DNA of 49,273 nt, taken from Chromera velia (lineage: Eukaryota). The stretch spans positions 1 to 49,273 of the forward strand of contig JAHBMJ010000360.1 of the NCBI GenBank assembly GCA_018398765.1, read 5' to 3'. Below the pieces are notes generated by a model, which was not told where the DNA came from, ran no database searches, and saw only the letters and a list, made by a program, of their open reading frames with translations. Both the position numbers and the translations under genes were made by a program. Positions within the stretch are counted from its first letter, which is position 1, and each line of letters starts with the position of its first letter. Below are positions 1-12,849 of this stretch, in pieces.

Positions 1-34
1 GGTAAGGTACTGTACGGTTGGGGGGGAGACGACG

Positions 35-571
35 ATGGGATCGTTGGGGCTCGATTTGACAGGACCGTTGGCCGAGGAACGCGACAAACGACCAGACTTG
101 TTCGCGTCTTTGCCGAATGGGGACTCCATTCTAGGGGATGTGGCTCTGATCCACCCGATCCAGGATGCAACCCGCCTGCACAGAAACGCCAAGAAAGCAG
201 GGGCTGCAGCTAAGGAGAAGGAGGGGAAGAAACATACCCACTACGATGATGCCTGCAGAGCAGTGGGCATTCGTTTTGTCCCTTTGGTTTTTGAGACCTA
301 TGGAAGGCCTGGGGGGGAAACAGTGCGGTTCGTGAAAGAGATGGTGAGACAGGCTACAGAAAGGTTGGGGGAGATGAATGATGCGCCAGCACGTCAGAAA
401 ATTGCTGACAGATGGTGGAAAACGTTGTCAGTAGCGGTTCAGAAAGCAGCAGCGTCTACAATCTTGGCATCTGTGCAGGCAAGCCGCGGTGCACGCGGTA
501 CACAGGTTACAGAGATGCTGCTTGGGAGGGAGTTTTCGGCCTACGTGGGCCTTGCAGAGAAGAAAGAGTAA
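35..571 (+). mobile_element. C-terminal restriction-like endonuclease (RLE) region of a non-LTR retrotransposon ORF (CRE/R2-like group); rest of the element lies upstream of the window
   Basis: Translation has RPD..(x)..GDVALIHP..KEGKKHTHY..FVPLVFETYG, matching the RPD-x-D-x-K-x-Y-x-F-x-P-x-E-x-G layout of RLE domains of early-branching LINEs. The 3' end of the element could not be defined. Confidence 0.75.
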
Positions 572-1308
572 AAGAATGGGGGGGGGGCCAGCAGGGGCGC
601 TGGCAAGAGAATTGAAAGAAAGAGAAAGACCATTTTGATGTTTAAGAGATAGAAAAGACATAAACGGAGAGAAGAGCCTGACAACATCAGATTGAAGAAA
701 CATGACAAAGGAGCTAAAAGCCGCTAAGCATGCAAAAGAATTTATGGATGTAAAGAAAAGGTTTAATAAAGAAATGTTGAGGAGAAACAAATTTTTTTAA
801 TGGGCTGAGGAACCCATTGAAGAAAAAGTTGGGGAAACGAAAAGGAAGACCACAACGCTCATCCATAGATAGGCAGAGTTGACCACGCGAACACACGGAG
901 AATGAAAGGTATTAATTTTTGTCTACCGTGGAGTAGTATAAGCTAGGCGCGGCGGCCTAGTTCGAGGGGCTTGCGCTTGCAACAGATTGGCCATAACAGA
1001 CGGACAGGACCTATGCCTAGGCAAGATGCACACTGGCCCGACAAAGGACCAGAGAGACACTAAAGAAGAATATTCCGCGTCATGCATGCACGCTTTTCGA
1101 TGCATGCTCCGGTCCGCGACCCCGAAATTCACTGCAATCGCGGTGACAAAGCCCTTCGCCGTCTCCTCCTTCTCTTTGCCACTTCTAACAACTTCTGACC
1201 ACCTTTGACAGGTCTGTGAACACCTGGGTGAACGCAAGGTCAGCTGTGTCTCTGATGAGCTTGCAAGGATCTGAAAGAACCTCTTGAAGAAGATTTGAAG
1301 ACCACAGT

Positions 1309-2331
1309 ATGGAGCCAAGTCCCATTGACCGCCCTCCGGATGGCACAGTGGCCTGGGATGCCAAGACAGCCCCTAAAGCCGCTCCAAAAGCTCGCTACTG
1401 GCATCGCATTGATCGTCTTCAGATCAGAAACAGGGTGATCCTGCCGTATTTGACAGGCGAAGCGAAGTTTTGTTGCGGTAGGCACTGCTGTCGCTCTTTC
1501 TCAGTAGAAAATATCATTTCTGTTCGGATTTTTTATGCAAGTCTGCCGGAAAAGGACCAGCAGAAGTTTCTGCGACGAAAGATTAAGGAATGGTCAGAGT
1601 CTGGCGTGCCAGGCTGGAGAGTAAACTGGAGGTTTTGTGGGGTTTCTGTGTGCAGAGAGGCCTTCAAAGTCCTTTTGGAGGTGGGGGCAAAGACACTGGT
1701 GAAAAGACAGGAGGAAGTACGAGAGGGGATCGTCCTATACAGCCGTTGTGGTGTAGGAGTACGGGTTGTATGGGAGGAAATGGCAGTGTAGATTCAGTGG
1801 GCTATTGGGAACGGGGGCATTTATGATCACAGGCTGGGAAACGGATGGGATTCATTCCCCTTTGAAACGAGACGGGGTCTTTTCTGCTTGATGGTTTCCA
1901 TGAATGAAAGGCGATGTTTTCTCAGTTTTATACCCACCGAGTCTTACTTCTACCGATTGCTTCAAGATGAGAGATGGCATCTCCCAGGAAAAAAAAGATA
2001 TCGCTTCGCATTCTATAAGTGGAAGAGGTTTAGTAAGTGCAATGATTGTTGTCGACTCCGGTACGAAGAGGACCATGCAGAAACCGAAGTTGCTCGCCAG
2101 GCAGCGAAGGAAACGCGCAGCGTGCATGTTTTGTACACACAGGGAGAGCGCCAGGAGTACTACGGGGGGAGAAGCGACTCTCTGCAGAACCCTAACGAGA
2201 CTTTGTGTCTTATCATGGACGCTGCAGGCCATGACAAGAGCGTCTTGCCGCACTTTGCAGATCGGGTCAGCAACTGAACAAAATCTGGCAAGAAGCTGCC
2301 ATTTGATATCTGCATCATGGTGTGTATCTAT

Positions 2332-2415
<84 letters not shown>

Positions 2416-3088
2416 GCTTTAAATTTGCCAGAAGCTCGTTTTCTCCTTTTGAAAAACGCTTTTAGGTTCGTCAATCTTGTTTTGTCTATTCTTCTCTCTA
2501 ATGCCTTGTGTTTGACTTGTCTCTTAACCATGTCTGCAGTACAGGGAAAAAGTGACAGATCAATTCCAAGGACCCGCTGTGAAGCTTGTTGGGGTGATCG
2601 CGCACGGAAGGTGCGCATTCTACTTCGCGGTGCCTCCGGAAGAACGTCATAGAGCAAACATGACGTGTACTGCCCTCCTCTACGTTCTCTTCTACCTCGA
2701 AAGAAACTTCGGGTGGCGGCCGATCAACCTGTGGGTACAGTTAGGCAACACCAGTTCAGAAAATAAAAACCGAACAGTGGTGGCATTCTGCGGCATGCTT
2801 GTATGTCATGGCTTTGCGCGGCGGCTGTTCAAGGGATACCTCCCCGTCGGGCATACGTACAAGGACATCGATTCATTGTATTCAAAAAGGTCAGAACGCT
2901 TGAAAGGTCCGTATAACTCTCTCTCTCTTTCCCTCTCCCCCTCTCTCTCTCTCTGTGCATGTGTATGTATGTATGTATGTACGCGCGCGCGCGCGTGTGT
3001 GTTGTGTGTGTGTTGTATGTGTGTGTGTGTTTTGTGTGTGTGTATGTGTGTGTGTGTATGTATGTGTGTGTGTGTCTATGTATGTGTA

Positions 3089-3124
<36 letters not shown>

Positions 3125-3227
3125 TGTGTATGTGTGTGTATATATATGTATATGTATGTGTCTGCGTGTGTGTGTGTATGTGTGTGTGTGTATGTGTATG
3201 TGTGTGTGTATGTGTGTGTCTCTCTCT

Positions 3228-3262
<35 letters not shown>

Positions 3263-3281
3263 CGTGTGCGTGTGTGTGTGT

Positions 3282-3325
<44 letters not shown>

Positions 3326-3341
3326 GTGTGTGTCGGTGTGT

Positions 3342-3379
<38 letters not shown>

Positions 3380-4923
3380 CTGTATATGTATGTGTATGTG
3401 TATATATGTATGTGTGTGTGTGTATATGTGCCTCTCTGTAAACTTCTGTCTGTGTGCGCGCGCCGCTGACTGTGTATGCGCTTTTATGTGTGTGTATCTC
3501 TCCTCTCTGTCTCTGTTTGAAAATTTTCTCTTTCTCTTTCTCTCTTTGTGTGTATGTTTAATACAGTGACTCTGTATGTGTGTCTGTGTGTCTGTGTATG
3601 TGTGTGTGGTGTATGTGCATGTGTGTGTTTGCAGTGTCTTCTTTCTCTACAGTGAGTGAGATCCTCGACATCGTCGAGGCTGCACATCTGAAGAAGGGGA
3701 AGGGGGCGCTTCTTGGAGAGAAGCTGGTTCTGGTGAAACTCTACAAACAGTTTGACTTTGACCAGCTGCTGCAACCTTACGTCTCCACCAAATTCACTGT
3801 TTTGGTCATGACTGTGCGGGGTTTCCGCTTTGAAAAAAAGGTGGACGGGTCTGTTGTTGTTGGTTGTAGCAGCGACATGCAGAGCATGCCCGGTTTTAGA
3901 CAGCCCTTCTCCACTATACCTCCTGAAAATGTATACACTCTTTTTGACGCGGACAAGCTGCCGCTTTGTGATCTTGTTCCTGAATTTGCACCCCCGAAAG
4001 TGGTCGACCCAGAGTCCCCTGAAATCAAGAAGAGGCTCGTGGCGTTTGGCAAGCTGCTTGACCTGACGAAGCGAGTGCAACTGACTTCCGGAGTGGCAGA
4101 GGAGGGTGGAGTAGGGCGGGTGGAGATGGGGAAGCCCCGCATTCCACCAACTGCAGTTGACGAGATCAGAAAGCTAATGCTTGGGAAACATTGAGAGCTT
4201 AAGCACGAGGAGTAGGCCTTTGAATGGCCGAAAAGGTGCAGAGCACAAGCCGTTGAGGAGGATATGTAAGCACAGACAGGGGTTAGAGAGCGTGGAGGCA
4301 GTGTTTCTTGCAAGTTTGCTGGTGCGTACCCAACAGCAGCAGAGCATGACGCTGCACTGCAAGGTGCGGGGCTTCGTCTTGTTGGAGAGGTGAGAAACAA
4401 AAGCACACAAAAAAAGTGGGAAGAGATGGAAGGGAGGGAGCCTCAGATTGGAGACACAGTGACAGTCTTGAAGAACATCACCATGAAAGATCCCGATCCC
4501 GTATGGTTGGGAAAGATTATTGACTGCACATCCGCAGACGCGAAGGAGGAGAAGAAAGCATAGGCAGACCAGGAGGGACTTGAAAATGCTGATATCCTTC
4601 GTGTTTGGTAGTATATTCATGAAAAATCAGGCGACGTTTCTTCATTTTGGCCAAAAAAGAAGTATAAGTTGGCGTATTAAAAGGGGAAGGAGATTGTAAC
4701 AGTTGTCGGCCCGAGAACGAAAGCTACCCCTCTTATGAATTTTATTGAGAAAGAGTGTGTAGTCGTGTCAGAGGAAGAGCATGAACTATTCACTTCAGCC
4801 AATGTGATGTACAGGGCCATTTCAAGGGGAATGGAAAGCAAAGTTTCTGCTGTTTTATGCAGAGAAAAGCCGCCTGTTGACTTGGAAGCCGGCTGTTCTC
4901 CAGACTGGCTGAACAAGACTTAA
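1309..4923 (+). pseudogene. Decayed intron-containing DDE-type transposase, Sola-like / DUF7869-type
   Basis: Fragments in order: CC-x3-C..F..I..R and VC..F..L (1309-1791); FSKCNDC, LIMD..LPHF (1888-2277); KLVGVIAHG, WVQLGNTSSENKN (usual D-N-x3-E-N-K-N, with D>G) and YLPVGHTYKDID (usual GHT-x3-D) in 2540-2906. Probable GT..AG introns at ~2267-2539 and ~2908-3634 are filled with (TG)n. Several stops and frameshifts. Confidence 0.7.
2918..3630. repeat. Compound (CT)n/(TG)n/(TATG)n microsatellite inside a transposase intron
   Basis: About 700 bp of near-pure TG with TATG interruptions. A shorter TG/CT run lies at ~2320-2415. Confidence 0.95.
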
Positions 4924-4956
4924 TTCATGCAACTTCTGAGAATATATAAATATGTA

Positions 4957-4998
<42 letters not shown>

Positions 4999-5545
4999 TA
5001 TATATATATATATAATAAATATTACAAATATTTTGATTTCATCATTTTTAACATCATTTCTTTGTATGTTTAGTGTCAAGCACTGCGGGCCCGGCATCGT
5101 CAATGCCGGGGCCCATGGGCCATGGACGAACCATAGGCTCAATGCCTGACCTTTTTCTGGCATTGAGCCCTCCTGCCCTCCTGTTTCTGGCATGGAGGCA
5201 AACATATACAGATGAACAATATGACCCCACAACCTTCTTAGTTGACTTCAGTGTTGCTGATGCCTGTACTTTTTTGGAGTAGAAACAGTTTTTGGGACGG
5301 CGAGATCGAGATCTCGACATTTGAGTTTTTTTCTTACTGTTGCTCGGAGACGTCCACTCAGATCCCAACTCCTTAAGAGCTTGTAGCCCATGTTCGTCGC
5401 ACTCTGTGTGATCCAAATGCTTTGCAAACTCTATACTTGTCGATTGGAAATAGTTTGCTTGGGTTCTGCCGCATTTTCTGTGGTGGAGGGGGTACAGTGT
5501 CAGCCCCCAGGTCTAGTTGCCCGGTATGTGAAGGAAAATATCTCC

Positions 5546-8261
5546 ATGCCTCACCCTTGCCCTTTTTGCCCGTTGATTTGCCGGGTACCGCAACAGCTCA
5601 ATGACCACCTGCTTGTTTACAAGGGTCGACAAGAAGCAGAGGCCACAGCCCAAGTGAGTGGTAGGCCCATCCAATTTGAAACCAACGATGTGGAAGAAGA
5701 GTGGGATGGAGTGTATTTGGATTAACGCCCAACAATGAGAGGGGATGCTCTGATCAACTCTCTTCGTGCCGACATCATGAGAAAAATGAAATGGATTGGG
5801 GGCAATTCCTACCGTCGCATTGCAGACATTTTGCAAGATATGAATGAATTGAGCAGGCTGATAGAAAACGAAGGCAGCCAAGGTAAGAACCTGTTTCCAG
5901 ACGTGCTTGCTGAAGATAAAGAAGGTCACGCAGCGAAGCGATTTGCCTTAAAAGAGGGGGTTTTGACACAGGAGTTTGTGTTGAAAAGAATGAAAAGACT
6001 TTCAAATGGTGTTTGGGTGGTAGATATGGAACAGTTCTTGAGAGACCTGTTGCGTCTTCCACAAGTGGCAGAGGTATGGGACTTCGGACCTCCCCCACCA
6101 CAACACAATCCTGAAGGAATTTGGAGACGTGATGATTTCGATGGAGACGAGATGAAGAGCATCTTCGATGGAGGTCAGTCAAGTATCATTTTCTTTTTTC
6201 CCGCCAATTTCCGGACCTTCCTTCACCGTATTTTCCTTCTCATTTTCCCCTCTTTCCTTTTTTTCTTACCCTTCTTCCTTCTTTCAGAGTTTAGCCTTCT
6301 CTCGTTCGCCTCCTTCGATCATCCTCCCTCCTTTCACCATTCTCTTCCTTTTGTCCCTATATCTCATTCCTGCAGATGCGTACAGAACTCACCCTCTCCT
6401 CTGTGGTGGTCCACAGAGAGAATGGTCTAGGGATAGGCTTATTAAGAAATATTAGGAGGCTCTGGACAGAAGAAAAAGAATTGAAGATGAAACGGATATG
6501 GGGGAAGAGTCCGAAAATGAAGAGGGAGAAGAGGAAGAGGAAGAGATAGAGGACGGGCTGGATGGGGGGTGTGTGAATGATGGGGCAAGCGATGGTGCCT
6601 CTGATGATGAAGCAGCAGACCTGGCCGCACACTTTCATGCGAGAAAGAATCGCGCTCGCGAGGATGAGCGGGTTCAAGCAATCCCTCGTGACAGTTTGAA
6701 AGAAATGTGAGTTTGGTTTGGAACTTCGAATGATGATGCAACACTTTCCAACCCCCTTCAGAAAGGAGCAACCAAATGCCTTCAGTGGGAGCTCATGCTC
6801 CTAAACCTTCACAGAAGTCTTCGTTGGTCTTTTATGGCTCTCTACTGCTCTGTGGCGCTGCCGCAGTTAAAAGACCTTCCAGGGGGGTTGCAAGCAGGTA
6901 TTGATGCCCTGCTTGACGACTTGATGAGTTTCTTTCAAAGGCTTGCAAAAAGAATTCCGATAGCAACGATTTGGGGGGACCGGATGGTAAGGGGGTCTCT
7001 ACTCATTGTTTTTTTCGACATGCCCGCAGCTTGTTTAACAATTCGTTGTTGCCTCAATTGTAAATTTATGCGTCATTTGTTGGACAATCCAGTGAAATGC
7101 AAACAGTGTGAGGAGGTGTTTCCAGAAGAGTACGAATGGGCAGCCGATAAGGTCAACAGTCTCCCCACCAAAACAGAGAAGGAGGCATTTCGAAAGCAAA
7201 AAGGAATCAAGGGCGGCACTCCGTTGAGGCGCTTGTATAAGTTCTCAGAAGTGCATTTTCTTTTTGTTTTTTTGATCGACTTGATGCATATTACTCTAGA
7301 GGGGGTACTTTCCTTTCATGTCTTTTCCCTTTTCAGGTGGGGGATTGAGGGAAAACTGCTGTGCGTTAAGAAACCGAAGTCGACCGCGAGAAAAGAAGGG
7401 TTGGATGTTAACGCGTGGTTATCGAAGGTACACTGGTCTCGTGCAGAAAGCCTGAATGCACTCAGAGAAGTGCTGGAGCAAGCAGTTGATGGAAAGGCAA
7501 AATCCTTCTCGATCACTGCCTCAAAAATGTTGTATTTCTTCCCAATTTTCCTTGCTCTCCTGTATGAGGCCATCGCTGCATCACCCGCTCGAGCCATACA
7601 CATACATGCGGACCAGCAGCTTGCTTGTTTTACCGCTTATTGCCAGATTCTCTCTTTTTTGTTTGCGCCAACTGCTCGTCGCTGCCTTCTAAGCTGGTTA
7701 GAGAGACTTATTAATGCATTTCTCAGACTGTTCTGGGCCCTTTACAGAACAGGTCGGCGTCCAAAGTTTTATGCGTACACTCATCTTCCTTCCCTGATTT
7801 TGTGATTTCAAATTGGCCCTCTTCGGTATTTGTGGGCGATGGCAACTGAAAGCATGCACCAGCTTCCAAAGTTTTTCATCAGTCGGGGGGGGTCAAACAG
7901 AAAAAATATTAATAAACAGAATGTGATGGGGTTTCTATTCACTTTTTTCCTTTCTCTTGTTTACTCTGTTTGAGCTCGAACGCGATACGTCGGTGACGAG
8001 GTCACAGAAGGCTGCATTGTGGGTAGAGAGAACAAGCTATACAGAATCATCGACGTAACTTCGGATTATGTGCTTTTGTCTCAACTCTCTGTAACAGAGC
8101 CGTTTCTTCTGTCGCCAGTTCTTATTGCATACGACAGGGGAGAAAACCTTTCGCGAAGAGTCAGAGAAGAGGTTGCAAATTTTGAGTTTTACAGCTTTCT
8201 TCCCTCAGAAATGCACGCAAGAGGTTGGTGGGTTTTTTCCGGACTGAAGGACATCGTTTAA
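5546..8261 (+). pseudogene. EnSpm/CACTA (Plavaka-like) transposase, inactivated by five in-frame stops
   Basis: N-terminal CPFC..H zinc-finger-like motif. One intron 6174-6375 (GTCAGT..CTGCAG). Motifs YRTHPL, NDDATLSNPL, FFDMPAA, CLNC, IDLMHITLEGV, PKFYAYTHLP, GPLRYLWAMATES. Reading frame is otherwise continuous, with stops at 5723, 6453, 6708, 7803 and 7971. Confidence 0.85.
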
Positions 8262-8823
8262 CAATTGATGAAACTTACCAAAAATTTTGTTGAGAAATAA
8301 TTTTTCTACTATTTTTTTAAAGTGATTTTGTCTATATTCACCCTAAGTCTTAGATCATTTAAAATTGCAAGCTAGAGCTGTCCCTCTAATAAACAATCAT
8401 TTGCCTCATTTGGAATCATTTAAACACTTCTAAACACTTTGTATTTTATTTTATAACACTTAACGATTGATCAAACTCACCAAAAAATTTGTTGAGAAAT
8501 ATTTTTTCTATTATTTTTTTAAAGTGCTCTTTGACTGTTTGGTGTGATCAGGATAGCAAAAAAATGACAATGTAGAATTTTGTGCAAATCTGCGATGATG
8601 TAGCCAGACACGCAATATTTCTATAGAGAAAGAATCAAAGAAATCCTCGGGTAGATTCGTGACCATCGGTCAGATGATTTTATCTATATATTCATCCTAA
8701 ATCTTATATATAACTAGATATATAGATCATTTAACGTAATTTTAACGTTGCAGGCTATAGGGCTGTCCATCTTGAAATATTTTTTTTTTTTTTGTTTTTT
8801 TAAATGCAAATTTGTTTTGTCAA

Positions 8824-11800
8824 TCACGAGACAAGCTTTTCACGCTTGTCAGGACTTCCACTTCTCGCCCTAGTTGACTGAGAAGGACCAGGTGGGGGAG
8901 AGATGAATCTCAACAGACTGTATGGTAGATAATAATCAGAGACCACAAGATCTCCTCCCTCCGACAGTGATCTTTGCTTCTGGGGATTCTGTCCCTTCTG
9001 CCACGTAATAAAAACTCGGTCTTCCTCTTTTTCAATCTTTGCCCAGGTGTTTCTGGGGGTTCGACCGATTTTTGTTGCTACCCCCTGCAGCTCTGAGGTC
9101 ATACGGATGGTGAAAGGCCCCTGAAGGGCGACGATCGCCTCAGGAGAGAGAGGCTGCTGCATAGTCAAGAACGGGTCCATGGAGGAGGGGTTCGGATCAA
9201 ACATTCCCAGAGGCAGTAGCTTTTCTTTGAAAAAGTCTTTGTTTGTGTTCGCGTCGACTGCACACAGAAGAGTGGGGGCTCTGTAGTGCATCTGGACTTC
9301 CTGCTGTTCTGCAAACTTTTCGAGGAGGTCCTCCTGGTGGCTCTCCCAGTCTGTTGTACCCTCTTTTCGGAGGGCTTTTCCCTTTTCAATCAAATCATCA
9401 ACCCCCCCTTCTGCTTCTGCAACTGCCTCTGTGATGTCTTCATTTTCTCGTTCTTTCTCAGTCTGCCCCCCCTCTATCTCATTCTTCTCTGCCGCTCCTG
9501 CAACTTCCCTACCCTCCATGATGATATCACCATAATTGTCGACACCAGACTGAGTGCCTTCAGGTTGTTCATGAATGCTAACTCTGCTGAGAGCTGCACT
9601 CGGAGAAGGGGGGGCCATCATCTTCGGGGGCGGCGCCTCCCAGAGAGGGGTGCACATGGAGAATGATTTCTTTCCCGTCAACAACAGTCACACGTTCCTT
9701 CTTCCCATCTGTACTATCTCGCACAAAAACGGGTGGGTTCTTAGGAGGGGGCATGGGGTGTTTGTCCTTTTCCAACGCTTTTACTCTCTCTTCTTCAGCG
9801 GTCTCCCACTTCTCCTTCCTTCTCACCACAAACACCTCCCAATCATCATCCTCCATGTCCCCAAAGTGATCTCTGTTGGAGGAAAAGAAAGGACGAACAT
9901 AGCGGGGCAGAGCCGCTAACTCTTTTGCCTTCTTTTCTTCTTCTGCCCTCTGCAACGCCCTCACTCTCTCTTCTTCAGCGGCCTCCCACTTCTTCTTCCT
10001 TCTCCCCACAAACACCTCCCAATCATCGTCTTCCATGTCCCCAAAGTGATCTCTGTTGGGGGGAGAGAAAGGACGGACATAGGGGGGCAGAGCCGCTAAC
10101 TCTTTTCCCTTCTTTTCTTCTTCTACCCTCTGCAACGCCCTCACTCTCTCTTCTTCAGCGGCCTCCCACTTCTTCTTCCTTCTCCCCACAAACACCTCCC
10201 AATCATCGTCTTCCATGTCCCCAAAGTGATCTCTGTTGAGGGGAGAGAAAGGATGAACATAGCGGGGCAGAGCCACTAACTCTTTTGCCTTCTTTTCTTC
10301 TTCTGCCCTCTGCAACGCCCTCACTCTCTCTTCTTCAGCGGCCTCCCACTTCTTCTTCCTTCCCCCGACAAACACCTCCCAATCATCATCCTCCATGTCC
10401 CGAAACTGATCTCCGTTTGGGGGAGAGAAAGGACGGAGATAGGGGGGCAAAGCAACTACTCCCTCTTTTGTCTCCTTTATCAGGGAGGCCCCCCCCCTAG
10501 GATGTGAAAAGACCCCTCTCATATCATTTCTGCCTCCCATTCCGAGTGCTGCAGCGGCCGCAGGAGTAGGCGCAAGCATTTGTTCTTCGAAACTCCCCAT
10601 AGGCTCGTCGTCATCTCCAATGTCAACACATTCGGCGCCGTTAGACGGAGTAGGGAAAGCTTTTCGGCTCCGCTGATCAAAGCCAGAGACACCATAGCGA
10701 CCTGCATGAAACGAAATAAAAAGTTTGAACAAAACTCTATCTAGTGTGTGCATTTACAAAGTGAAGAGCCTAAGAGAAAAACTTTAAGTAAGTGGGGAGA
10801 GGAGAGGGAAAGTCTTCCCAGAAAGACGGCCGGCCGTGGACTAACCTCTAGATGTATTGCCTCCACTTGCTGATGATGCAGATGAAATGAATCGGGAGGG
10901 CCCTGGGAGACTAAGAGTCTGGTTGGAGCCACCCTGCTGTATGCCCTGCTGTGCGAGAAGCAGTTCTTTCAGAGCATTCGCCTTCTCTTCGGCTGAAACC
11001 CCCTGCTTTCTCTCTTTCACAGTAGCAATGACACTACATAAAAGCCACTTCTTCTCTTTGTCGCACCTCCATGTCTTGCAATACCCCGCAACGCCATCGA
11101 CGAAGCAGCTACAAAAATAGATACAAACAGAGACGGACAGAATCGAGAAGGCAAGAAGAAGACGGACAGACAGAACGCACTGTTTAATGCAGGCCAACGT
11201 GCTGGAAGTCAATGACAAGCATGGAAGAAGGAGACGGACAGACAGAATGCATGGAAGGCTTAGCGTGATGGAAGAATGAAGACGAGCAGGCAAGATAAAG
11301 CTTACTGAAGGTAAACATTGACTTACTTAAAATCTCTCTCTGATCCTTCTACGTCATAGACCGTTCTCCTCTCTTCTTTGTTGAGGATGACCTTGGACAG
11401 AAAAGGCATTCCTACGATGGCGATTGCACGGGCTGCCTGCAGTGAGATCCCCCAGATTCGGTCATCCTTCCTCTGGATCCTGCAGAGCACCGAATCTCCG
11501 GTCGCCTGCTTCCACCACAACCAGATATATTCCAACGACTTGGGGAGGACGTACTCACAGATCTGTGCCTTCAGGCGGTTCTCCTTTTCCCACCTGCAGT
11601 GGAGGCAAGGAAAGTCCAGATAGAGAGATGAAAGAGGATAATCTGGTGTAAACCGCAATCAACAGCTGGGTGTGAAGAGCCATCAAAGGCAGACTGACTT
11701 GTCAAGATGAGTGCTTGGCTGGATGACAGTTCCGCCTTTCCCTGTTCTGAAAATATTATACCCTCTGTGAATGTACCATATCAGGCACCTCCTCCTTCGG

Positions 11801-12042
11801 ACTAGTTTGCGAACTTGGGAGTAGAAAAGACGGTGAAGCGGGGCATCATCAGGTTCATATGTGACCCTCCTCACCCCTTCCATCACTTCTACTGGAGTCC
11901 GACAGATAAACGAATAAATTTCTGTGTCAGTTGGCTCCCCAAAAATCTCCTTCCACTCTGCCTCAGTCAGCTTGTCTGCGTCTAAAACCATCACATCAAG
12001 TTCCATTGGAGAAGTAGGGGTCAGTTTGTTCGGATCTGTCAT
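8824..12042 (-). CDS. Multi-exon second (cargo/accessory) gene of the CACTG element, convergent with the transposase; unknown product, probably damaged
   Basis: Chain of minus-strand ORFs (11683-12057, 11323-11658, 10841-11293, 9578-10753, 8824-9684) separated by GT..CAG intron-like segments. Apparent frameshift near 9580-9680. No recognisable domain. Confidence 0.55.
9770..10450 (-). repeat. 180-bp coding tandem repeat, ~3.7 copies (60-aa unit)
   Basis: Unit PFSPPNRDHFGDMEDDDWEVFVGRRKKKWEAAEEERVRALQRAEEEKKAKELAALPRYVR recurs every 180 nt; lines 9961, 10141 and 10321 are near-identical. Confidence 0.95.
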
Positions 12043-12802
12043 GGGAGCTTGGAGCAAGGGTGCTACTCATGGCAAGCTGTCCCTGTCCGTCGCTCTTGTC
12101 GCCATCATGTTCATTTCTGGCATGGAGACGGGAAGTGCAATTCATAAAACAAGACTTCGCGAACGATGAAACGCGAATTTCTTTCCAAAAAGCAGCCAAA
12201 CAAGATTTAGAGAGACCAACAGAGAATGTGTGAACCGTGCAGAGGCTTCCAACAGCAAATTTCTGGGCCTGACAGGGAAGCTTACGGCGTAAAAAGACCG
12301 TTGCACGTTCTTGCACGAAAAAATGGTCTTCTGCGCCAACCTTTACATATATTGCAAAACCTGACTTCCTCGTTCACTACAAGTAATGCACCGTTTCTCT
12401 TCCTATTTTTTCGGCATTGTGCCTTCAAAACCTCCTGAATACGATGGTGGCACCAGGATTTGTATTCAGAAACAGGATTACCAATGCGAGATACACCCCT
12501 CAATGAACGGAATCATCAGGCCATGGTTTGTCCATGGCCTATTGGCCCCGGTATTGACGATGCCGGGCCCGCAGTGAGGATTTTATAAAATTGTTTTAGA
12601 AAATTTGTGATGTCTAGGTTTGAAAAATAAATAAAAAGATAAATCGTTAACTTTTTTTTTTTTTGAACCCTTTTTTGATTAATTCAGCCATTTTAACATT
12701 TATTCTAATTATTTTATTTACTAAAACATTCCCACAGAATGTTTTTATTCTAATTTACTTTGATTTATGATGTTTAAAAAGTGTAGGAACGGTATAAATT
12801 TA

Positions 12803-12849
12803 AAAGTCACTTTCTAGTACAAAAGTTCCAATTGTCAGTACAATCAGTT
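12803..12849 (+). repeat. Right terminal inverted repeat (AACTGA family), probably the end of the Sola-like transposase element
   Basis: aaagtcactttctagtacaaaagttccaattgtcagtacaatcagtt is 45/47 identical to 19206-19252. No matching left TIR was found in the window. Confidence 0.75.

Larger units (their letters stand above)
5081..12576 (+). mobile_element. Complete CACTG-terminated EnSpm/CACTA (CMC) DNA transposon, 7496 bp
   Basis: 54-bp TIRs at 5081-5134 and 12523-12576 (CACTGCGGGCCCGGCATCGTCAAT..., 50/54 match). 2-bp TSD AG at 5079-5080 and 12577-12578. Internal EnSpm-type transposase. Confidence 0.92.

Noticed and set aside
943..970. CTAGGC-n6-GCCTAG hairpin followed by TTCGA, as tRNA/SINE or ribozyme
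   Set aside because: No cloverleaf or A-box; too short to support a call.
2317..3569. Long Cys/Val or His/Thr ORFs (also 22042-23288)
   Set aside because: Translations of (TG)n/(CA)n microsatellites.
5546..8261. Stop-codon reassignment or readthrough to explain the in-frame stops
   Set aside because: All three stop types occur, only in repeat-derived or decayed genes, and the rhodopsin-gene exons I spliced have none; mutation is the simpler explanation.
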